A stretch of 64,000 nt of DNA from a virus. This document shows positions 58,612-64,000 of this stretch, piece by piece. Made by a program: the position numbers and the translations under genes. The stretch spans positions 2,511 through 66,510 of the IMG/VR virus record IMGVR_UViG_3300048837_000485, one strand, 5' to 3'. Each line of letters opens with the position of its first letter. Position 1 is the stretch's first letter. The notes beneath the pieces were generated by a model. It ran no database searches and had not been told where the DNA came from. It was given only the letters and a program-made list of their open reading frames with translations.

Positions 58612-58993
58612 GACTTTTAAAAGCTGGTTCCAAAATATTTGTATCTAAATTATACAACATATATTTTAACTCTTTTGCTTCTTTAAATAAATTCCATGAG
58701 TCATATATAGAATTTACTATTTCAAAACATAGTTTCTCAGTTTCTTCTATTGAGGGTAGATAAGATATTGAATTTTGAAATTTACTTAAATCAGTATCTA
58801 TTGATGAAAGATATTTCTCCTTATCAATTATAGCAAAACTATAAAAACCAACTTTTCCAGAACGGTGTAAATATGTATCATAAAATACACCGACGTCTGA
58901 AATTTTCTCTTTGTTGTTTTCTAATAAAATTTTAATATACGAGGAAACCAAAACATTCTTCATTAAGTTAAATGTTTTTCTATTAATTGTCAT
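58541..58993 (-). CDS. Hypothetical protein
   Basis: Co-oriented ORF whose 3' end runs 71 bp into the next gene. Confidence 0.5.
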   Translation of the reverse strand: MTINRKTFNLMKNVLVSSYIKILLENNKEKISDVGVFYDTYLHRSGKVGFYSFAIIDKEKYLSSIDTDLSKFQNSISYLPSIEETEKLCFEIVNSIYDSWNLFKEAKELKYMLYNLDTNILEPAFKSHEKPSRIPEREILFDKQENNSDL

Positions 58994-59589
58994 ATTTTTA
59001 TACCATTTATGAATATTTTTATACCATTTATGAATCTATACTGTATTGAATGAGTAATCTCAATATATTTATTTTTTGGAAAATATCTTCCTATAAATTC
59101 TAAATATTTATCAGATATTCTATAGTGAACTTGTCTAATATAATAATTATTAATATATACAAATCTATAAAATTTTCTTAATACCTGAAAACGTTTTCTC
59201 TTATAATCTAAATTAGAAATTTGAAAAGTTTTTCGATTGTAATGAATTTCCTGTATTGTATTTGAATATGTTTTTTCTAATTCTAAAGCCATCTCATGCA
59301 AATCTTTACTTTCTAATACCTCATAATCTTTAGAACTGGGAATATTATAACTAATTACAGGAATATTATAACCAAACCAATATAAGATTTTAAAGTTTTT
59401 ACTCGTCCAATATTCTGTTCGTTTTTTAATTAAAAATCTATCTAACCAAGTTAAGTTTTTAACTACATTATTATTAGAATCTAAATTAAACAACACTCCA
59501 TATCTATTATTTTTCAAATTATTCACCCTTTGGCTTAAAAATCGTATCTTTATCAAAATACTTACCAGTATTGGTTCTTCTGGCTTCAT
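58990..59589 (-). CDS. Hypothetical protein (start probably near 59515-59526)
   Basis: AT-rich ORF; ends in a 21-bp tandem duplication (FINGIKI x2). Confidence 0.5.
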   Translation of the reverse strand: MKPEEPILVSILIKIRFLSQRVNNLKNNRYGVLFNLDSNNNVVKNLTWLDRFLIKKRTEYWTSKNFKILYWFGYNIPVISYNIPSSKDYEVLESKDLHEMALELEKTYSNTIQEIHYNRKTFQISNLDYKRKRFQVLRKFYRFVYINNYYIRQVHYRISDKYLEFIGRYFPKNKYIEITHSIQYRFINGIKIFINGIKI

Positions 59590-59845
59590 CTACAATTTCT
59601 GATCCAGCCTGTGTCATTACCGTAGCTCTTACTTTGCCATTCCTATCTAATCTTTTACCAGCTTTCATAGCTAATTCAAATTGAGTTGGTTGTGGCTTAA
59701 TCTTTTCGGCCTCAATTTTTTCTTGCTCAATACGTTCTATTTCAGAAAGCTTAGTCAGTGCTTCTTTTAATTCAGCCTCTTTTTCCCTTAATAGGGTTGC
59801 TGTTGTTTTTGGTCTACCGTGTGCTAATTTCTTTTTCTTTGCCAT
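59519..59845 (-). CDS. Hypothetical protein
   Basis: ORF with RBS; ATVMTQAGSEIVDE motif. Confidence 0.65.
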   Translation of the reverse strand: MAKKKKLAHGRPKTTATLLREKEAELKEALTKLSEIERIEQEKIEAEKIKPQPTQFELAMKAGKRLDRNGKVRATVMTQAGSEIVDEARRTNTGKYFDKDTIFKPKGE

Positions 59846-59880
59846 TTATTTTTACCTTTTCTTTTGTTCTATTTATATAA

Positions 59881-60108
59881 CTAGACCTTAACATTTCGTT
59901 CAGCTGTACTTAAATACCTACGTCTTCCATGTTTTAAAAAATTCATATTTACTACGTAAATTAGACCTTAACATTTCGTTCAGCTGTACTTAAATACCTA
60001 CGTCTTCCATGTTTTAAAAAATTCATATTTACTACGTAAATTAGACCTTCACGTTTCGTTCAGCTGTACTTAAATACCTACGTCTTCCATGTTTTAAAAA
60101 ATTCATAT
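59881..60108 (-). repeat. 80-bp tandem repeat (two extra copies of the 3' end of gene 60041-60328)
   Basis: Units start at 59881, 59961 and 60041, near-identical; each encodes MNFLKHGRRRYLSTAERNVKV*. Confidence 0.95.
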
Positions 60109-60328
60109 ATAAATCAAAACACTCTTGATTCACCTGAACTAGTTTCCAAGGGTGTCTCTTATGATATAAGGGTTCTGCATTTTGCACATCATATAATGTT
60201 TTACCATACGCCTTAACGTAGTATTTATTAATACCATCTTCTTTTTCTATATGCTTTGCAACACATTTTGATTCTTCGGTTTCAAAACCGTTTTTATTGT
60301 AGCATTTAGTTGATAATATTTTTAGCAT
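60041..60328 (-). CDS. Hypothetical protein
   Basis: Co-oriented ORF. Confidence 0.65.
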   Translation of the reverse strand: MLKILSTKCYNKNGFETEESKCVAKHIEKEDGINKYYVKAYGKTLYDVQNAEPLYHKRHPWKLVQVNQECFDLYMNFLKHGRRRYLSTAERNVKV

Positions 60329-60367
60329 AATTTACTTTCTTAAATGAAATTTTTTCTTTAATATAAC

Positions 60368-60571
60368 TTACTTTCTTAAGTACGTAATTCTATCTCTAAG
60401 TTTACTTATTAATTCCTCTTGATTAGATCCTTCAATAACAATAACTTCTTTGCTCTTGATTCCATGTGGTTCTAAATTAAGCGGCCTACCAGAACAATAT
60501 TTTTCATCAAGTTCATGTACCTCTATAGTTAACATGATAACTGCCTTATGTGGTTTTTCACAGGATTTCAT
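60368..60571 (-). CDS. Hypothetical protein
   Basis: Co-oriented ORF. Confidence 0.6.
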   Translation of the reverse strand: MKSCEKPHKAVIMLTIEVHELDEKYCSGRPLNLEPHGIKSKEVIVIEGSNQEELISKLRDRITYLRK

Positions 60572-60896
60572 TTTTTTCTAGTTCCTTGATTCTATCTTTT
60601 AGTTTTTGTATCTCTAATTCATTACGATACGAACGGTCCTCTTTATCCAAAACTAAACCCGTTTTGACAGACCAAATTGACCACTTTTCTATATCAGACA
60701 TGCGGCTTATATATTCCTTTGCCCGATCTAATGTCATTAGACTTGCTTTATCGATATCAATATCTGTAAATATTGATGATAAATATAAATTATAATTTAC
60801 AAAATACCTAATTGGGCTTAAATTTTCTGTAGAATCTTTCCAAAGTAAAACATATTTATTTTTAACTTCTTTATGTGGTTTTTCACAGGATTTCAT
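60558..60896 (-). CDS. Hypothetical (inserted/chimeric) protein
   Basis: First 26 nt identical to the downstream gene. Confidence 0.55.
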   Translation of the reverse strand: MKSCEKPHKEVKNKYVLLWKDSTENLSPIRYFVNYNLYLSSIFTDIDIDKASLMTLDRAKEYISRMSDIEKWSIWSVKTGLVLDKEDRSYRNELEIQKLKDRIKELEKNEIL

Positions 60897-61336
60897 ACCG
60901 TCCCCTTTTCAATATAAGTTTCCATCTTAGTAGCCTGTTCTTCTTTAGTACCACTAAAAATCTTCTTCTCGTCTTTTTTATCCATTTCACCCCAAGGGGT
61001 TTCTACATCAATATGCTTTTCTATAAGTTGTTTAGCTTGGTCTGGGTCGATGATGCCACGTTTTATTTGGGGTTCAAACTTTTGAATACCAAAATTAATT
61101 TTATCTTTACGCTTACGGTCTTGAAACTCAACAGAACTTGGATTGCTGTTTCTTTCAGCAAGTACCCCCAAAGATCTACATTCCGTATATGTATACAGAT
61201 TAAGATTTTCATAATTTCTATTTAATTTCAGTTTATGACATTGTGGGCATTTTTTTAAAATTTTATATTTAGATGGAGATTGTTCTATTTCTAACTCAAA
61301 ACTACAATTTTCACATATATAATCATATATCGCCAT
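60893..61336 (-). CDS. FmdB-like zinc-ribbon protein
   Basis: MAIYDYICENC..E..Q....KKCPQC. Confidence 0.8.
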   Translation of the reverse strand: MAIYDYICENCSFELEIEQSPSKYKILKKCPQCHKLKLNRNYENLNLYTYTECRSLGVLAERNSNPSSVEFQDRKRKDKINFGIQKFEPQIKRGIIDPDQAKQLIEKHIDVETPWGEMDKKDEKKIFSGTKEEQATKMETYIEKGTV

Positions 61337-61338
61337 TA

Positions 61339-62421
61339 CTAGTACCAATCCTTACATGTTATTACTTCATAATTAGAGTTATTTTTTAATTTTTCTATTC
61401 GTATATTAATAGTAGACATTTTTGGAAGTAACGCTTTAGATCGTATTCTAAGAATTTTCCACCCCTCTTTTCTTAGTTGTTTACTTCTTTTGATATCGTT
61501 TTTCTTTTTATATTTTTTATGATAATACCAGCCGTCATATTCAATAGCAATTTTTAGTGATGATAGAGCAATATCTATATAATATCCAGATTTAGTTTTA
61601 TAATTATAATATTTATCTTGCGTTGGATATCCAGCTTCTATTAATTTTTGATGAAGATCTAATGCTATAAAAGATGTCTTAATTCCGTTTCTATATTCAC
61701 AACAGTTACCGCATGATTTTATATGTTCTGAAACAAAATGATAGTAGGATATCTTAGTAAATTTACCACACTTACAGAGACATTTCCATATATTATTATT
61801 TTTCTTAGAATATAAATATTTTTTAGCAGTAAGTTTACCAAACTTTTGTTGATTATTAGTTATATCAATAAAATGCATATTATGCATAATATCTTTTTGT
61901 AAACAACCGCACGATTTTGTTTCACCCTGAATTAATGCTCCTCCATTTACATTTTTTATTTTTCCACAATCACACTTACATTTCCAGACGCACTTTTGGT
62001 GTTTATCAACACTAGCAAAATCTATAACTAACAACCTTTCAAATTTTTGATTTAATAAACTTTTTCTAGACCTATCAGAAATTATTTTACTAAAGTGACA
62101 ACCACACGATCTAGTATTACCACTTAATATTAACTTAATTGTAGTTTTAAAAACTTTACCACAATAACATTTTATTTTATGTTTATTATGAGAGTGAGTA
62201 TACTGTTCTAATAATATTAAATTTTTACTTAAAAGATATTCTTTAATATATTCATGAGTGTGTTTATTAACTTTTGGTTTAGTTATCTTTAATTTTTTAG
62301 CTTTATTTTGTATTGATTGTTTATCTCTATTTAATTTTTCACAACATTCTTGAATATTAGTAGATTTATAAGTATCTATTAAATATTGCTCATCTTCTTT
62401 TGACCACTCTCCACGTCTCAT
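61339..62421 (-). CDS. Homing endonuclease-like protein (Zn modules + Vsr/DUF559-like nuclease)
   Basis: WSKEDE HTH, repeated C.C.CG..SCGC, IDIAL..KIAIEYDGWYYH..GWKILRI. Confidence 0.8.
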   Translation of the reverse strand: MRRGEWSKEDEQYLIDTYKSTNIQECCEKLNRDKQSIQNKAKKLKITKPKVNKHTHEYIKEYLLSKNLILLEQYTHSHNKHKIKCYCGKVFKTTIKLILSGNTRSCGCHFSKIISDRSRKSLLNQKFERLLVIDFASVDKHQKCVWKCKCDCGKIKNVNGGALIQGETKSCGCLQKDIMHNMHFIDITNNQQKFGKLTAKKYLYSKKNNNIWKCLCKCGKFTKISYYHFVSEHIKSCGNCCEYRNGIKTSFIALDLHQKLIEAGYPTQDKYYNYKTKSGYYIDIALSSLKIAIEYDGWYYHKKYKKKNDIKRSKQLRKEGWKILRIRSKALLPKMSTINIRIEKLKNNSNYEVITCKDWY

Positions 62422-62432
62422 ATAAACACCAT

Positions 62433-62517
62433 AAAATAAAAAACCCTATAAAAACGGTTGGATGTGACATATGTCACCGCTAATATAGGGTCATTAATTT
62501 AATGAAAGCCACATCCA
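62433..62517 (-). promoter_or_regulatory. Structured 5' leader with terminator-like stem and competing helix
   Basis: ACCCTATA/TATAGGGT stem plus U-run; TGGATGTGGC/GTCACATCCA alternative helix. Confidence 0.55.
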
Positions 62518-62522
62518 TATAG

Positions 62523-62530
62523 ATTATACA
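62523..62530 (-). promoter_or_regulatory. TGTATAAT putative phage promoter
   Basis: Recurring octamer at the start of the structured leader. Confidence 0.55.
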
Positions 62531-62550
62531 GTTTTCTTAAACTTTTATGG

Positions 62551-63093
62551 TTAAAATTTAAAATCTCCAATTGCTATATCTTTTCTGCTTATTTTTGTTT
62601 TAAAGTCTTTTTCAAATCTGACAACATCATCAAAATTACCAAAGTTATAAATCGGAATATTATATTTCATGGCCAAACGTAAACTGGTCGCCGTCCCACC
62701 AACCGTATCCCCTCCTGGTGTCCAACATATTAATAGGTCTGACGGTTTATCTAAAGTCTTACCTAGAACCTGATAAATATTACGGGCGTGTAAAAGACGA
62801 ACCCATTTACTACACTTCTCCCATGCCGGATGAATTTCACTAGCTATCTTCAACGCTTTGTCATTAGCACCGATTAAATCAGAGGTTGACTTATTAAAAC
62901 CTTTCCAGGGAATATAGATTTCTTTTGCCCCATTTACTTCATATACTCCGAGTTCAGCAGCAGTATCCGACCCTTCGGCTGCTCCAGAACGTAAAATATA
63001 ACCCTGTAATGATAAGAATTGAGAAGCAGAGAAAAGTAAGTTATATCCTTCTTCATCTACTGATCTAGATCCTACCGCTGTAAAGTACTTCAT
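62551..63093 (-). CDS. DprA/Smf-like (SLOG) protein
   Basis: TAVGSR, LRSGAAEGSD, HARN, GGTATS. Confidence 0.8.
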   Translation of the reverse strand: MKYFTAVGSRSVDEEGYNLLFSASQFLSLQGYILRSGAAEGSDTAAELGVYEVNGAKEIYIPWKGFNKSTSDLIGANDKALKIASEIHPAWEKCSKWVRLLHARNIYQVLGKTLDKPSDLLICWTPGGDTVGGTATSLRLAMKYNIPIYNFGNFDDVVRFEKDFKTKISRKDIAIGDFKF

Positions 63094-63113
63094 ATTTATT
63101 GTTTTCTGGTGTT

Positions 63114-63121
63114 ATTATACA
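63114..63121 (-). promoter_or_regulatory. TGTATAAT putative phage promoter
   Basis: Recurring octamer ~20 bp before ATG 63093. Confidence 0.55.
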
Positions 63122-63149
63122 CTTATCAAAGCCTAATTTTAGGTAAATT

Positions 63150-63815
63150 CTACAAAATATTATCAAGTTTTTCACAAATTAAGGAAATAATCGAATCTCG
63201 AACAGTATCTTGTGGTAAAAAATGAATAAAATCTATACCATCAACATCTTTAAGGGCATTAATTACTTTTGTCAAATCAGAAGAAGGTTTATGATAAACC
63301 TGTTTTTCGTCCCCATTTATAACTATTCTTCCGCCACCTATTCTAGTTAAAAACATTCTTAATTGTTTAGTATCACATTGCTCAGCTTCATCTAATATAG
63401 CTATTGAGTTTTTCGGAAATGTCATTCCTATCATATATTCAAGAGGTTCAAAAATTATTTTTTCATCTTTAACCAGAGTTTGATATAAATGCTTATCAAT
63501 AATTTCTAAAATTATATGTTCCATTGGTTTAATGAAATTATAATATTTTTGCTCTAGCGTACCCGGCGTGAATCCCAATCCTTTATGACTTATTTCTTGT
63601 GTTGGTCTACAGATTATTATTTGATCTATTTTTCCACATAATAATTCTTCTAGACTTTTAGCTATTGGAATATATGATTTTGCTGTACCCGGTCCACCAG
63701 TACAAAATATAATTTTATTTTCTGATATTGATCGAATATAATCAGCCTGTCTATTATTTAGGGGCTTTAGAGTCTTCATAACTGTATCACTAGATGTAGA
63801 CTTTTTTCGACTCAC
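63150..63815 (-). CDS. phoH: PhoH-like ATPase
   Basis: Q..Y, GGPGTAKS, ICRP, LGFTPGT, ILDEAEQ, FLTRIG, INGD..Q. Confidence 0.9.
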   Translation of the reverse strand: MSRKKSTSSDTVMKTLKPLNNRQADYIRSISENKIIFCTGGPGTAKSYIPIAKSLEELLCGKIDQIIICRPTQEISHKGLGFTPGTLEQKYYNFIKPMEHIILEIIDKHLYQTLVKDEKIIFEPLEYMIGMTFPKNSIAILDEAEQCDTKQLRMFLTRIGGGRIVINGDEKQVYHKPSSDLTKVINALKDVDGIDFIHFLPQDTVRDSIISLICEKLDNIL

Positions 63816-63841
63816 ATTTGGTTCCTTTTTAAGGCAGAAGA

Positions 63842-63849
63842 ATTATACA
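63842..63849 (-). promoter_or_regulatory. TGTATAAT putative phage promoter (lies within the putative TnpB guide)
   Basis: Recurring octamer upstream of phoH. Confidence 0.5.
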
Positions 63850-63910
63850 TAGATATTACGAGCGATAGCGAGTAATAGTTACCAAAAATCTTGTTAAATA
63901 TGATAGCGGA

Positions 63911-64000
63911 CTATAGGCTCGCTAAAATATTGAGACTTGCATTTAAATCAGCATTCATGGTAAAACCACATGCTAGACATTTAAATTTGTCTTTAAATCG
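63911..64000 (-). CDS. tnpB: TnpB (IS200/IS605/IS607-family RNA-guided nuclease), C-terminal end only
   Basis: Manual translation RFKDKFKCLACGFTMNADLNASLNILASL* matches the TnpB FxCxxCG...NADxNAxxNI signature; hairpin downstream at 63854-63877. Confidence 0.85.
   Translation of the reverse strand, partial: RFKDKFKCLACGFTMNADLNASLNILASL

Noticed and set aside
59881-60108. Tandem repeats as a CRISPR array
   Set aside because: Units are identical including the linker, derive from the adjacent gene end and have no unique spacers
1-64000. tRNA or rRNA genes
   Set aside because: No cloverleaf/T-loop or rRNA-like segment recognised in the few intergenic gaps; tRNAscan-SE would be needed to be certain

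Overview
AT-rich segment of a large (probably jumbo) tailed dsDNA phage genome. 1-18.5 kb (+) is a virion module: the 3' part of a tape-measure protein, several Ser-Gly-rich tail/baseplate-like proteins, a very Cys-rich protein pair and a GIY-YIG/HNH nuclease. 18.5-64 kb (-) is one co-oriented block with small accessory genes, a ~15 kb glycan-synthesis island (about 8-9 glycosyltransferases, 3 sugar SDRs, a nucleotidyltransferase, methyltransferases, a sulfotransferase-like gene) and a replication module (SSB, DnaE in three pieces with a split intein, DnaQ, UDG-like, Cas4-like exonuclease, dNMP kinase, primase, intein-containing DnaB). It ends with DprA-like, PhoH and the last 30 codons of a TnpB. 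Many homing-endonuclease-like genes are scattered through the window. The most striking unexplained signals are: (1) at least 12 gene junctions carrying a second, often synonymously recoded copy of a neighbouring gene's end or start, usually as a translationally coupled mini-ORF or flanking an inserted passenger gene; (2) the putative TnpB guide region matches two other loci in this window; (3) Ser-Gly enrichment in virion proteins next to a large glycosylation island; (4) the tripartite DnaE. All product calls come from motifs recognised by eye; no database searches were run.
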